Source of the DNA: a virus
Taxonomy: Duplodnaviria > Caudoviricetes
Length of the DNA: 43,855 nt
Virus record (IMG/VR): IMGVR_UViG_3300038530_001619
Location: 1 to 43,855 of that record
Strand: one strand, 5' to 3'
The first letter of the stretch is position 1. Each line of letters starts with the position of its first letter. Made by a program: the position numbers and the translations under genes. The notes beneath the pieces are model-generated. The model ran no database searches and was not told the origin of the DNA. It worked only from the letters and a program-made list of their open reading frames with translations. Positions 10,011 to 20,698 of this stretch are shown here, one piece after another.

Positions 10011-11204
10011 TTAATGTTTAATCCACTTTGATTTGCCTCTCATTACTTGGACAAACTCTTGTAGTTTTATATTTGATAATCTTATTTTAGCATTTCTAAG
10101 AGCAGCTCTTCTTTCTATCTTATATCTTCTTACTATATACTCAGGTATATTAGCTCTAGTAGATAATACACCATGCAACATATGCATGTACATAGCTTCT
10201 TCAGCCATTTTAGATATTTTCATATCTCCATCAGCGGCTAAACCATCTGATATATAAGTAAATATAATTAGCTCATTAGCTAAGTTACTACTGAACATTA
10301 TTTTACCTTCTCTATAATTTATATTAAACCAGCCATTACTTTGAGATGTAACAGGATTTGATCCATATCTCTGGCCATAAGCTACTTTTTCCCATCCCCA
10401 GTCATAAACACCTTCATTGTACATTTGATCTGTATATGCTCCTGATATTTTATAATCTTCAGCTTCTGACCATCTTTCGTTAGATATTGATGTTCCTTCT
10501 AGGTTATTTGCTACATCATCTTGAGTAGGTATACCATTACTATCTTGAACAGGTACTTGTTGAGGGCTTTGATGCAATAAGTTAGTAGGGTATATAGGTC
10601 TTTGCACGCCTAATCCATCTACTCTAAAGAAACTTACGTAGTTAACATAGTCTTGTGGTATTAATAAAGACAAATTAGCAGGTATAGTTAACTCTTGTGA
10701 TTTTGTACTTTTTAAAGTATCATAACTAAACTCTTGTAAACCTCTTTTAGCGTGAAACATTAAATCAGTTCTTTTAACATTTGGTATTAACTTACCAGCA
10801 CCAACATACGCTACTTGAAAATTACTAATAATATCGTTTATACTTATTGTAGAGTAAGTATCATGATTAGACCATTTGCCTGGTTTAGTATTAGTTAATA
10901 CTATTTTAACTACTTGACCAGCGGTTGCAGCAGTACCTAAAGTAACAGTATTAGATGATGTTAGTTGATAATTTCCAGCACCAGCTGCTTCAGTTAGTTT
11001 AGTGTTATCTAAAAAAACTTCAAAGTTAGTATTACTAACACCAGCAACAGTACCTATTAAGTCAACACCAAGTGATTTATAACCAGCTCCACTTTGATCA
11101 GTACCGCCAGTCCATATAAATACTGACTGTGTACTTGCTGCAGGTACTAAGTATACTTGTTGACTTGCGTAATATTGTTCGTTAGTTTGAGTTACTTGTG
11201 CCAT
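10011..11204 (-). CDS. Tail ring / tubular protein with N-terminal beta-rich insert
   Basis: Lies between the capsid module and the stabilisation gene; motifs LIPQDYVNYV and YISDGL; basic C-terminus. Confidence 0.55.
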   Translation of the reverse strand: MAQVTQTNEQYYASQQVYLVPAASTQSVFIWTGGTDQSGAGYKSLGVDLIGTVAGVSNTNFEVFLDNTKLTEAAGAGNYQLTSSNTVTLGTAATAGQVVKIVLTNTKPGKWSNHDTYSTISINDIISNFQVAYVGAGKLIPNVKRTDLMFHAKRGLQEFSYDTLKSTKSQELTIPANLSLLIPQDYVNYVSFFRVDGLGVQRPIYPTNLLHQSPQQVPVQDSNGIPTQDDVANNLEGTSISNERWSEAEDYKISGAYTDQMYNEGVYDWGWEKVAYGQRYGSNPVTSQSNGWFNINYREGKIMFSSNLANELIIFTYISDGLAADGDMKISKMAEEAMYMHMLHGVLSTRANIPEYIVRRYKIERRAALRNAKIRLSNIKLQEFVQVMRGKSKWIKH

Positions 11205-11207
11205 TTA

Positions 11208-11936
11208 TTAACTTTTTTCATTAACAGTATCTTGTTGAACAAGAGCAGCTGCTGTTTGTACTATTTGTGGATCACGTATTATAACACCACTGTATTGTAA
11301 TATTTTTAATATTATTTCTGTTTGTTCAGATACATCTAGTTCAAAATTTTGTGAACCAGAAGCAGTAAATTGATAAGCACCATTGCCTAAAACAGAATAA
11401 TTCCATGTAATTTGAGCAGGAGTTTTTACATAACTACACTTAACACCAGTTTGTATACTTGTTGGGTATACATATATTTTATCATGTAATACTGGTGGCG
11501 GACCTGCAGATGATTGATGTTCACCGCGTTGTACGTATATTGGATGTGTTGTAGTAGGAGAAGTTAGTGGAGATTTATTTATTAATAAATACTCATTTTG
11601 TTGTACAGGTTGTATTATAGTAGCGTCATTAAAATAAACAACACCTAACCTGTGTAGATCAGATGGCAAATAAAAGTAATTAGATGTATATGTAGCTGCT
11701 GCTTCAACTTCAAACGGTGCTATTTTATTTTGTATTTGAAAAACTCTATCAGAAAACTCAGTGTTAGTTTGTGGTTGTCTTTGTAACTGATTTAGCTCTT
11801 CAAAATAATTTTCAAATATTTCCAATTGAACTTGTTGGCCTACCTTGTTAAATTCATCAGGCGTCATATAACCTCTTTGTTCTTTATTAAGTATAAACAA
11901 CACTGTTTTATAAACCGTATCTACGTTTACTGCCAT
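11208..11936 (-). CDS. Tail tubular protein A / head-tail adaptor (ring protein)
   Basis: LNKEQRGYMTPDEFN and LPSDL motifs, about 240 aa, canonical position. Confidence 0.6.
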   Translation of the reverse strand: MAVNVDTVYKTVLFILNKEQRGYMTPDEFNKVGQQVQLEIFENYFEELNQLQRQPQTNTEFSDRVFQIQNKIAPFEVEAAATYTSNYFYLPSDLHRLGVVYFNDATIIQPVQQNEYLLINKSPLTSPTTTHPIYVQRGEHQSSAGPPPVLHDKIYVYPTSIQTGVKCSYVKTPAQITWNYSVLGNGAYQFTASGSQNFELDVSEQTEIILKILQYSGVIIRDPQIVQTAAALVQQDTVNEKS

Positions 11937-11947
11937 ATTAGTATTTT

Positions 11948-11973
11948 AAAAGGGACCGCTTTACTACGGTCCC
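11948..11973 (-). terminator. Intrinsic terminator-like hairpin
   Basis: Minus strand reads GGGACCG-TAGTAAAG-CGGTCCC followed by TTTT. Confidence 0.6.
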
Positions 11974-11985
11974 ATAATAATTATA

Positions 11986-11993
11986 ATCACTTG
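11986..11993 (-). promoter_or_regulatory. Candidate late promoter motif CAAGTGAT
   Basis: Same motif as at 6206, 33490 and 37358; intergenic. Confidence 0.35.
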
Positions 11994-12767
11994 TTATTTT
12001 AGTTTTTTCTCGATAGATTTATAAACTTCAAGTCCTTCGTCTGTTTTAAACCACGCAGCCATAGCTGTATATGGATTTTCATCAAACGGAACGCTCATTA
12101 ATTTTCTACCGTTAGTAGCCCAAGTAAATGTTCGTTGATCAGAAGCTAGTTTTATTATTCCGTGATCAACTGCATTTATAGCAAAGTTTCTTAAAATAAC
12201 ATTATCATCATTAGCTAGATCAATAAACAACTTAGGATTCTGTCTAGCAAATAACAATACATCTCTTTTTAGTTCTTTTGTTGATAAGTTACTTACACTT
12301 GAACCTACTTCAACTCTTAATATTGCCTCAGCTTGATCTATATCCATTGATCTTGCAGCATTTAAAGCATCTAACTGTAAATCTAATTCTTGTAATTCAT
12401 CTACAGCTTCAACTTGTCTGTCAAGTTCACTAAATATAATACCATTATGAGGGTGATGTAATAAAAATTCTTGTAAGTTTCTTTTTTCTTTAGCAACGTG
12501 TAGCACACCGTTTGTAAATACAATGTGTTTTAGAGTAACGTTACCTTTCTGTTCATCTACAAAAATACTTTTTTGATTAGTAGCATATCTTAGTTCTCTT
12601 TCATATCCTTTTTCTTTGTCAAACCACACTAAAGGATAACGTTGTGTATGCTTACTAGGTATTGTCCAAGTTAATGGCTCTGCATTATTCATTAAATAAT
12701 AATGTCTATCTTTATACTCCCAAGTATCTTTTTTTACTTTAGGAGTTTTTTCTTTTGTTTTTTCCAT
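11994..12767 (-). CDS. Conserved structural-module protein of unknown function
   Basis: 257-aa ORF between capsid and tail genes with an AT-rich leader. Confidence 0.6.
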   Translation of the reverse strand: MEKTKEKTPKVKKDTWEYKDRHYYLMNNAEPLTWTIPSKHTQRYPLVWFDKEKGYERELRYATNQKSIFVDEQKGNVTLKHIVFTNGVLHVAKEKRNLQEFLLHHPHNGIIFSELDRQVEAVDELQELDLQLDALNAARSMDIDQAEAILRVEVGSSVSNLSTKELKRDVLLFARQNPKLFIDLANDDNVILRNFAINAVDHGIIKLASDQRTFTWATNGRKLMSVPFDENPYTAMAAWFKTDEGLEVYKSIEKKLK

Positions 12768-12789
12768 AATATAATATAATATAATAATT

Positions 12790-12816
12790 AAAAAGACCCC
12801 GCCGAAGCGGGATCTT
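12790..12816 (-). terminator. Intrinsic terminator after the capsid operon
   Basis: Minus strand reads AAGATCCCGC-TTCG-GCGGGGTCTT then TTT; contains a C(UUCG)G tetraloop. Confidence 0.8.
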
Positions 12817-12826
12817 ATTATTGTTT

Positions 12827-13102
12827 TTAACTATAAGCTATTTCACTTACAACTTGTGATAAATCAACATCTTGCAAACCTGCTCCACCGCCTATTTTAC
12901 CAATAGCATCGTTAAGAGCTTGAACATCTGCTTGAACAAAATCAGCAACAGGTGTAATAGTTACGTTAAGTGAACTACTTCCCAAATATGTTACGTCTAT
13001 TGTATCAGGTGTTGTTCCAGTTTGTAGCTTAATTGTAGCTACGCCTTCAGCTGATAATATATCAAATGCGTCACCAGCTTTTTTTAATTTTACATATCCC
13101 AT
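12827..13102 (-). CDS. Small protein co-transcribed with the capsid gene (possible decoration protein)
   Basis: 91 aa, between the capsid gene and the strong terminator. Confidence 0.45.
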   Translation of the reverse strand: MGYVKLKKAGDAFDILSAEGVATIKLQTGTTPDTIDVTYLGSSSLNVTITPVADFVQADVQALNDAIGKIGGGAGLQDVDLSQVVSEIAYS

Positions 13103-13129
13103 AATTTCTAATCTTTAAAATGTTAATAA

Positions 13130-14623
13130 TTATACAGTTTTAAATAACACAAAGTTATTAGCCGCTTGTACCACTAAACATCTTTCAGTTAAGAAATGTA
13201 CTTCCATAGCATCTAAAGCAGAAGTAAAAGCTCCACCTACTGAACCAGTAATCCAGTTTTTGTATCTTCTATCTTCAGTTTCAGAAGCTCTATATCTTAC
13301 ATGTAAGAAAGGACGTCTGATATTTGATCCTAACATTTGATCGTATACTGTAGTAGTTCCAGCAGGAATTAATACACCATCAATAGCATTAGATAAACCT
13401 CTTGTAGAAGCATCGTTTAGATATTTCCAGTCAGTTTTATAGAAGTCATAAGAACCTCTTCTAAAGCCGGTAAAACCAAAGTTAAGTGCCATTTCTGATT
13501 CATTATCAAATAAACCATAAGAAGCAGCAGCGTTAGAAGCGTAGCCTCCACCTGCCATAGCAGCAATCATATCATCAAAATCTAAAGCAGTAGTTCTTTG
13601 TAAGAAAAGCATGTTTTCTTCAATAGCACCTTGCTTGTCTAAGTTTTTAAGTATTTCATCAAAATCACCTAAAGCACCTGAACCTGGAGCAGCAGCACCA
13701 GCAAATCCTTGATAGATGTTACCTCTTGCTTCAATAGCAGCAAATAAACCTTCAGTACCTTTTAAGTTAACTGTCGCTTGATTAGGCATAGCAACTGTGT
13801 GACCAACTTTTTCACCTTCAACCATAGCCATTTCCATATAGTCTTCAAATCTTAGTCTTGTTTCAGACTCAGCTTTTAAATACCATAGGTAACCAGATGT
13901 ACCATCTTCAGTAGCAACTTCGATCCAGCCGATCTGAGCAGCGTCAGAACCATTTACTTGATACTTATCTCTAATAATAATTGGAGAGTTATTAAACTCA
14001 GTAAAACTTGGCTCAATAGATGGATAGCTAGTAGCTATATCTGATCCTTTACCAAACTCAGAACCATATACAAATAAGTTCAAAGTATTAGCAGTAGTTG
14101 TTTGTAGACCAGTTGGTAAAGCAACACCAGCATAAGGTACTACAACTATTTCAGCTACAGTAGCTGGAGCAGTTGGTTGTGTTACACTAGAAACAATACA
14201 CTTAGAAGTAATTAATCCAGTAGCATTATCAGCAACTAATATAGTTTGATTAGGCTTAATAGCAACAGTGTTGTTACCTCTACCATTAGTAGTTGGATTA
14301 GCATTAGCTAATTCAATTTGAATAGTATCAGTAGCAGAACCACTTTTTGCATTACACTCATTGTAAGCTACGTGTAATCTATTTTGTTCAGACCATAATA
14401 CTTGATCTGATGTCATTGGCATTTCAGCGCCAACCATTCTCAAGAAACCTGATAACGTTCTGTTACCATATCTCTCAACTTCAGCTTCATAAAGCTCAGG
14501 TAAATACTGTTGAGCCCAGTCAGATGATCCATCTGCAAAGTTCAAATAGTTATTATCTAGAGCTTGTTTCTTTTGAGCTGGAATTATACTAGCAGGAAAA
14601 CTCCCACTTACAGCAAAACTCAT
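13130..14623 (-). CDS. Major capsid protein
   Basis: 497 aa, follows portal and scaffold, terminator downstream; QYLPELYEAEVERYGNR and GTEGLFAAIEARG segments. Confidence 0.85.
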   Translation of the reverse strand: MSFAVSGSFPASIIPAQKKQALDNNYLNFADGSSDWAQQYLPELYEAEVERYGNRTLSGFLRMVGAEMPMTSDQVLWSEQNRLHVAYNECNAKSGSATDTIQIELANANPTTNGRGNNTVAIKPNQTILVADNATGLITSKCIVSSVTQPTAPATVAEIVVVPYAGVALPTGLQTTTANTLNLFVYGSEFGKGSDIATSYPSIEPSFTEFNNSPIIIRDKYQVNGSDAAQIGWIEVATEDGTSGYLWYLKAESETRLRFEDYMEMAMVEGEKVGHTVAMPNQATVNLKGTEGLFAAIEARGNIYQGFAGAAAPGSGALGDFDEILKNLDKQGAIEENMLFLQRTTALDFDDMIAAMAGGGYASNAAASYGLFDNESEMALNFGFTGFRRGSYDFYKTDWKYLNDASTRGLSNAIDGVLIPAGTTTVYDQMLGSNIRRPFLHVRYRASETEDRRYKNWITGSVGGAFTSALDAMEVHFLTERCLVVQAANNFVLFKTV

Positions 14624-14644
14624 AATTTTAATTTTTAGTTTAAG

Positions 14645-15766
14645 TTATTTTTTTCTTTTAATTTTTAACTTAGAACTATCTACACCACTAATTGCTCTGA
14701 TTTTTAATCCATTAATATACATTTCGCCAGAACTTGTAGCTCTAACTTCATTTGTAATATTTTTAGATTTAGCATTTATATCTTTAACTGCATCGGCTTT
14801 GCCTTGCTCGTAGAAATGTTGTGCTATTTTATCAGCGTTACTAGCGGTATATAAGGCTTTATGATAACCTCTGTAATCCTTGATTTCACCATTTTTATCT
14901 AGGAACTTCCCAACAAAATTATTTAAATCAGATTGATTTTGAGCAACTTCGTTCTTGTTATTTACATTATATCTAAAAGATTTTTCACCTACATTATATT
15001 CAAAACCTTTGAACTCGTCTGCAAAAAGTTTTTTAGTATTATCTGTAAAACGATCATGACGTTGTTTTATAACCTTCTGTTCTTCGTTGTATCTATTGAA
15101 AAAGTCATTGGCTTTTTGTTGCTCTTGAGATACTGAAGGCTTCAACTTGATTTCTTCATAGTATTTTTTCTTAGAGCTTTCCAAAAAGTTTTTGGCTTTA
15201 GCAATTTCTTCTTTGTAAGCTAGTTTTTTCTTTTTAACCACTCGTTCATCTTCGTCTTCGTCCCAAGCAAAATTATCGTCCATTAAAAATTCTACTTCTT
15301 CTCTATTTAAATGTGGCTTGCTTACACTATAATATTCTTTAAGTAATTGTTCTCCATTTAGATTAGAATAATCTTTATTAAGATTAACATAATCTTCAAC
15401 TGTACCACCTGTTTGTTTCATAAAATCTACTAATTTTTCTATGTTTTCAGGTAATTGTATTTCCGGATTTTGTTTTACTTCTTCTTTAACATCTTCTATA
15501 ACCTCTTTAGTTTCTTCAACTTCTTCCTGTTTTTCCTCTACTTTTATTTCCTCCATTATTGGAGCTTCTTCTTTCACTTCTTCTACAGGTTCTTTAGTTT
15601 CAACTTTAGGCTCTTCAGTTTTAACTTCTTCTTCTGGCTCTTCTTTTTTAGCCATATCTACTTTAGTCACTGGTTCTTCAGCAACTAATTTTTTAGGTTT
15701 CTTTTTTATTTTAAACTCACCTTGTTCTAAAGTGCCATCAGGCGCTTCTTTTACTTGTTCTGACAT
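14645..15766 (-). CDS. Capsid scaffolding protein (putative)
   Basis: Very Glu/Lys-rich low-complexity N-terminus, helical character, located between portal and capsid. Confidence 0.65.
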   Translation of the reverse strand: MSEQVKEAPDGTLEQGEFKIKKKPKKLVAEEPVTKVDMAKKEEPEEEVKTEEPKVETKEPVEEVKEEAPIMEEIKVEEKQEEVEETKEVIEDVKEEVKQNPEIQLPENIEKLVDFMKQTGGTVEDYVNLNKDYSNLNGEQLLKEYYSVSKPHLNREEVEFLMDDNFAWDEDEDERVVKKKKLAYKEEIAKAKNFLESSKKKYYEEIKLKPSVSQEQQKANDFFNRYNEEQKVIKQRHDRFTDNTKKLFADEFKGFEYNVGEKSFRYNVNNKNEVAQNQSDLNNFVGKFLDKNGEIKDYRGYHKALYTASNADKIAQHFYEQGKADAVKDINAKSKNITNEVRATSSGEMYINGLKIRAISGVDSSKLKIKRKK

Positions 15767-15791
15767 AATATAATATAATAGTTAATAATAA

Positions 15792-18200
15792 TTATTTAGG
15801 TGCAAATTGTTCTAATCCAATACCACCTAAGTTATCATTACCCTTAGATTCAAAGTTTATAGGTAAACCATCTTCTTTTCTTTGAGTAATCATTTCACTT
15901 TGTTGTGTGCCTTGTATTTTAAGTCTTTTATCTTTACGATCTTCTATTTGTTTTTCTTTTTCAGCAATAACTCTAGACTGCTCTTTAGCTAATTGCATAT
16001 TATAATTAAACTCAGCTTGCATTAACTCTTTTTTAATTTGAGCTTCTGTTTGCAACCTTTGTATTTCAAATTGAGACTTAGCTTGTTCTATTTGAACCTT
16101 GCTACTAGTCATAGCTTCTTGTTTTTGTAATTCAGCTAATGCAGTTTTTTCAGCAGTTTCTGCTTGTGCTTCAGCTTGAGCTTGTATTTGCTGCATTTTC
16201 ATTTCTTGATCTTTAGCTTGCTTTTCTTGTCTACGTTTCTTTAACATAGTGTTAGCTAGTTTAAGATTATTTACATTTCTAATATCTATAGCGTCTTCTA
16301 AATTTATAGACTGAGTTTGTAAAGCAACTTGTATGTTTTGCTCTAGTTGAGCTTTTTCTTCGTCATCAGGTTCTAAATTTATAAATATACCAAAGTCGTG
16401 AATATTCACTTGCATTAACTCATCTAATGTATTAGTATTAAAATTAGATATACTATTAACCAGTGACATTCTAGTTAAAGGAAACATTAATGAGTCATTT
16501 ATTCTTAATGATATATTTTCACAAGTTTTAAGAGTTAAATATAAACTAGCTTGAAGAATATGTCTTGTAGCTGTATTACTATTAGCAGCAGCAATTTTTT
16601 GTAATCCTACTAAAGCGTTTTTATCTGGTGTGCTAGCATCTCTAGCTTCATTTAGTCCAGTTACATCTCTTATCATTTGAAGATAATAGTTGTAAGTTTG
16701 TATTAACGAACCTATTTTAGCGCCGCTAGCTGATGATTGAAGTTCTTGTATGGGTACTCTACCCCTGTTCATTTCACCATCTTGTGTTAAACTTCTACCT
16801 ATAACACTACCAGTTTGAAAATACATATTCAAAGCTTCAGCTGGATTATAATTAGTACCGTTTCCAAGATCAACTTCTGCTAAACCATCCATATCTAAAT
16901 AAACACCGTCTGGCACCATCCTAGACATTACCTGTTGCAACTTTAAATGCGTCAACTGTATCATATCGGCAAAGCCAGTTACTCTACTTACTAAACTTTC
17001 TATTCTACCTTGATACATTCTTGGCGCACATATAGTATAACTCATGTTTACTTTTGTAGTATCAGCATAAGGCCTTGTCATGTTTTCAGCCATACGCCAA
17101 TCAAGCATTAGTTCTAAACCTAAAACTTTTGCTCCGCTATATAAAGTTTCTATTGATCTAGATGACTTTTTAAAATTATCAGTTTCTTCAACTTGTAAAA
17201 ATGTATCTTGTTTTTCTAAAGCTTTTTCAAGTCCAGCTGATGTTTGTTTTATTTTAAATACTTGATCTATATAGCTTTTCCACTCAAAGTATAATATCTG
17301 TACTGTATTTTGATCATATCTACCATTATATCCTGGTGCATATGCAGTATTACCTGTATAGTTTTGTAATCTTTTAACATCTTCTGGAGTTAAACTTGGA
17401 AACTGTTTTTTAAGTTCAACAATAGGCACATTTTTAACTTCACCTATATAATATACATCTTCAAAGTTAGGATCGTTAGTGTAAGAGTAAACTAAATTTG
17501 CTGGATCTACATAATCAATTACAATACCTTCAGATGGGTTCCATGTAGTTTTAACGCAAGATATACCTAATACAGTTAAATCATAATTTAATCTTCTTCT
17601 AATTAAATCATATTTATTTTTATCTAACACTTGGTTAATAACTTCTTCTTCTGCAACTTCTATAGACTGTTTATAGTTCATCTGCATATGAGCTGGTAAG
17701 TCATCTAAGTTTTCTGGCGTATTTTTAGCACGCGACTCTGTCATATCAATACCAAACTCTTGCATTACTGCATCATTAAAAGCTTTATTTTCAATATCCA
17801 TTATTATACGTTGGGCATATTGAGTTCTCTTTTTCAATGATGTAGGATCTTGTGCCATTGTTTTGACCTCATATGATCTTTGAGACATACCGTTTACTAC
17901 AATATCTACAAACTTAGGTATAATAGGAACTGGTTTCCAGTCAAGATTTAAATAGCTTAAGTCACCATTAATTGCTAATTCATCTTTATATTTTTGTATA
18001 GGTTGCTCAGCTCTAGCATAAAGTCTTAAGTTATGAAAATTATTATAGTTAGTCATATACCTATAACCAACACCTTGAGAGTTTCTAAACCACTCTCCTT
18101 CGATAGCTCTAGCAACTTTTAAACCATATTCGTAAGTAGCTTTCTCAGCAGCAGGTACGACCTGATCTGGAAATGTACTATATGTAGTAGTAGCTTGCAT
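15792..18200 (-). CDS. Portal protein
   Basis: 802 aa after TerL; VPIIPKFVDIVVNG and IRDVTGLNEARD motifs; long Gln/Glu coiled-coil C-terminal barrel. Confidence 0.85.
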   Translation of the reverse strand: MQATTTYSTFPDQVVPAAEKATYEYGLKVARAIEGEWFRNSQGVGYRYMTNYNNFHNLRLYARAEQPIQKYKDELAINGDLSYLNLDWKPVPIIPKFVDIVVNGMSQRSYEVKTMAQDPTSLKKRTQYAQRIIMDIENKAFNDAVMQEFGIDMTESRAKNTPENLDDLPAHMQMNYKQSIEVAEEEVINQVLDKNKYDLIRRRLNYDLTVLGISCVKTTWNPSEGIVIDYVDPANLVYSYTNDPNFEDVYYIGEVKNVPIVELKKQFPSLTPEDVKRLQNYTGNTAYAPGYNGRYDQNTVQILYFEWKSYIDQVFKIKQTSAGLEKALEKQDTFLQVEETDNFKKSSRSIETLYSGAKVLGLELMLDWRMAENMTRPYADTTKVNMSYTICAPRMYQGRIESLVSRVTGFADMIQLTHLKLQQVMSRMVPDGVYLDMDGLAEVDLGNGTNYNPAEALNMYFQTGSVIGRSLTQDGEMNRGRVPIQELQSSASGAKIGSLIQTYNYYLQMIRDVTGLNEARDASTPDKNALVGLQKIAAANSNTATRHILQASLYLTLKTCENISLRINDSLMFPLTRMSLVNSISNFNTNTLDELMQVNIHDFGIFINLEPDDEEKAQLEQNIQVALQTQSINLEDAIDIRNVNNLKLANTMLKKRRQEKQAKDQEMKMQQIQAQAEAQAETAEKTALAELQKQEAMTSSKVQIEQAKSQFEIQRLQTEAQIKKELMQAEFNYNMQLAKEQSRVIAEKEKQIEDRKDKRLKIQGTQQSEMITQRKEDGLPINFESKGNDNLGGIGLEQFAPK

Positions 18201-18203
18201 ATA

Positions 18204-20426
18204 TTAGTTAATTTTTGATATTATACCGGTATTGTCATATGTTTTAATACCAAGGTTTACTTTGTTAATATTTTTGTCAGGTACTGGTCTATATAAATTT
18301 TTATTACAAGCCATTATAGCTAAGCCAGAACTTATTGTAGCATCATGCTTTGTTCTACTGTTTATATTAAATACAGCCCAGTCTTCTAAAGTTTTTTGGT
18401 GATACATATCACCGTAATTATTATCTTTAGCACCTACAAAATTTTCAATATAGCTTTCAATAGCTGCTGCATGTGCTTGTTTAATATCTTCACTAGAGTT
18501 AGGTATACCACCTATTTCTCTTTCTGTTATAGATAATTTATTAATTAATTTGTCAGGACGGTTCATACTAAAGCCTCTATATCCTCTACGCTTTAAATAA
18601 TATAATAATCTAGGTTTATTATTTTCAGCTAACAATGGCATACCGTAAAAAACTAAAGCCATTAGTACGTCTTCAAAAAATATTTCAGCTGTTTGTGGTC
18701 TAGCTATATATTCTAAAAAGAAGTGATTATTTGGTACGTCTTCCATAGAAAACTTAGTTAATCCATGTAAAGATCCATTAGAGCCTTTACCATCAACAGT
18801 ACCGCTAATGTCGTAACTATCACAGCCAAAAGCTCCAATATGTTCGTTACCAGGATATTTAATTCCATTTTTTATAATCACTCTATTTTGTAAGTTTTTA
18901 GGTGGTACCCAACTTATTCTGAACCTACCATCATTACTTGGGTAAAACACAACTCCAGTATCTTTTATACCGTTTATCCAATTAAAACTTCCTTGTGTTA
19001 CATTTAAATGATTACTTAATGAATCATTATAATCTATTTGTTCGTATATTTTTACTAAATTAAATAAACTTTGTTTTGTTTCATCTCTAAATGCGTGAGC
19101 TTCTGTTCTTGGAAACTGTCTATAATATTCGTTTAAACTGTCTTGATCTGACTTAAGTCCTTCGACTTCATTTTCCCAATGTTCAATAACTCCTGTTGTA
19201 ATTTCATAGCCATCAATTCCTTTGACTGCAGTTTTTGCTCTAGTGAATACAGGTAATCCATAAGTATCGATGAATCCTTCGTAGTTCCATTCCATAGGAA
19301 TGAACAAGCTATAGAGCCCAGAAGATGTTTGTCCGTTTCTATTTCTTTTAGTAACGTCAGAAGCGTAGTATAGTTTTTTGAAGTTGTCTCCACCTTTATC
19401 TAAAGAATTTGATGTTGAGCCCATCATACATTTCCCTACGACTCTTGATCCTAGACGTAATGTAGTTTTTGTAACTCTCCAGTTATTTAATATATTATCA
19501 GGTCTTTCCCATTTACCACTTTCATCATGAGCTAATAGTTTTAACTTTTCACCATCATAAGAGTTATCGCCTGTGTTTTTCCAATCAATAGTTGTATCTA
19601 ATCCTTGTAACTCTAGTTCTTTAATATTTTCCTGGAGCTTTCTACGAGTAAGCTTCGAGGCTGGAACTCTATACGCCAATTCAGTTTTCGGCCTGTCCAT
19701 ACCGTCTTGAATAGGTTTAAAGAAGAACGGGTAGTTAACGGATATTGGGACAACTTTATCTGTAAACATTTTTTTGGCATCTGCACCAGTTTTGGACAAT
19801 ATACCGTATCTAGAATCGGAAGATATTGTAGCTTGGTTAACAAGTTCCGCGCTTGACATAAAGCTGAATCCACTTCGTCTGTTCTTGAGGTAGCACATGC
19901 CGTAGCATCTATCATCTGCTTTGCATGCTTCCCAGAATATAAAGAAGAGTCTATTAGCTTCTCTAAAGTCAGGGGCTCCAACATCGATTTTTGACCATTG
20001 CAAGTACATGTAATGAGTACCAGTAATATATACAGGACTGCCACAATTGAAGAAATGAAAACCTTCTTCTCTACGCTTAAATTCTTCATCAATATACTCA
20101 TACCACTTTTCTTTAAAATTTACTGAATATTCTTCCCAGTCAAATCTTGTTTTTATTCTTTGTAATTCTTTTGGGTAATCAAACTTTTCCCAATATTGTT
20201 CCGCTTTATTTTTGCTTCGTTTATACGGTTCATTGATTGCTGGTAAAGCAATGCGGAGATTTTGTATTTCGATAATCTGTCCAATTTTACCCGTTTTACT
20301 TATTACTATAAAATCATAATCAGGATTATAGCCATATTTCCATTTTTTAAATCTATTGTTTTTAGCTAATATTTTAGGATTTACAATGTTTTTAACTTCT
20401 TTATATAAAGTTTGTTGATAACTCAT
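18204..20426 (-). CDS. terL: Terminase large subunit
   Basis: Walker A-like KNRRSGFS, Walker B LLAHDESGK, motif III GST, nuclease GCDSYD and C-terminal HDATISSG. Confidence 0.9.
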   Translation of the reverse strand: MSYQQTLYKEVKNIVNPKILAKNNRFKKWKYGYNPDYDFIVISKTGKIGQIIEIQNLRIALPAINEPYKRSKNKAEQYWEKFDYPKELQRIKTRFDWEEYSVNFKEKWYEYIDEEFKRREEGFHFFNCGSPVYITGTHYMYLQWSKIDVGAPDFREANRLFFIFWEACKADDRCYGMCYLKNRRSGFSFMSSAELVNQATISSDSRYGILSKTGADAKKMFTDKVVPISVNYPFFFKPIQDGMDRPKTELAYRVPASKLTRRKLQENIKELELQGLDTTIDWKNTGDNSYDGEKLKLLAHDESGKWERPDNILNNWRVTKTTLRLGSRVVGKCMMGSTSNSLDKGGDNFKKLYYASDVTKRNRNGQTSSGLYSLFIPMEWNYEGFIDTYGLPVFTRAKTAVKGIDGYEITTGVIEHWENEVEGLKSDQDSLNEYYRQFPRTEAHAFRDETKQSLFNLVKIYEQIDYNDSLSNHLNVTQGSFNWINGIKDTGVVFYPSNDGRFRISWVPPKNLQNRVIIKNGIKYPGNEHIGAFGCDSYDISGTVDGKGSNGSLHGLTKFSMEDVPNNHFFLEYIARPQTAEIFFEDVLMALVFYGMPLLAENNKPRLLYYLKRRGYRGFSMNRPDKLINKLSITEREIGGIPNSSEDIKQAHAAAIESYIENFVGAKDNNYGDMYHQKTLEDWAVFNINSRTKHDATISSGLAIMACNKNLYRPVPDKNINKVNLGIKTYDNTGIISKIN

Positions 20427-20698
20427 TTACTTCTCCCTTCAGCAAAACCTTTAAATGATTTAGCTTCTTTTTTATTTTCTAAACCTTTTAAAACATCTTC
20501 TTCTTCTTCTATACGTTGTAGTATTTCAAACGCGTCCATAATACAAAGTTTTTTAGTAGCTGCTGCGTTTTTTAATCTATCAGCTGCTAAGTCGTCAGAG
20601 CTGTCAGTAATTATTTGTTCTTCTGCTACTTTAATTAACTCAACTACAGCTTTACGCCCAGCTTGGATTATATTCTTTCTCGTCTCCTTCGTACTCAT
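20423..20698 (-). CDS. terS: Terminase small subunit (putative)
   Basis: Small helical protein overlapping the terL start (ATGA). Confidence 0.55.
   Translation of the reverse strand: MSTKETRKNIIQAGRKAVVELIKVAEEQIITDSSDDLAADRLKNAAATKKLCIMDAFEILQRIEEEEDVLKGLENKKEAKSFKGFAEGRSK

Noticed and set aside
18204-20426. Intein or intron in terL
   Set aside because: The frame is continuous, with no intein splice motifs or homing endonuclease evident.
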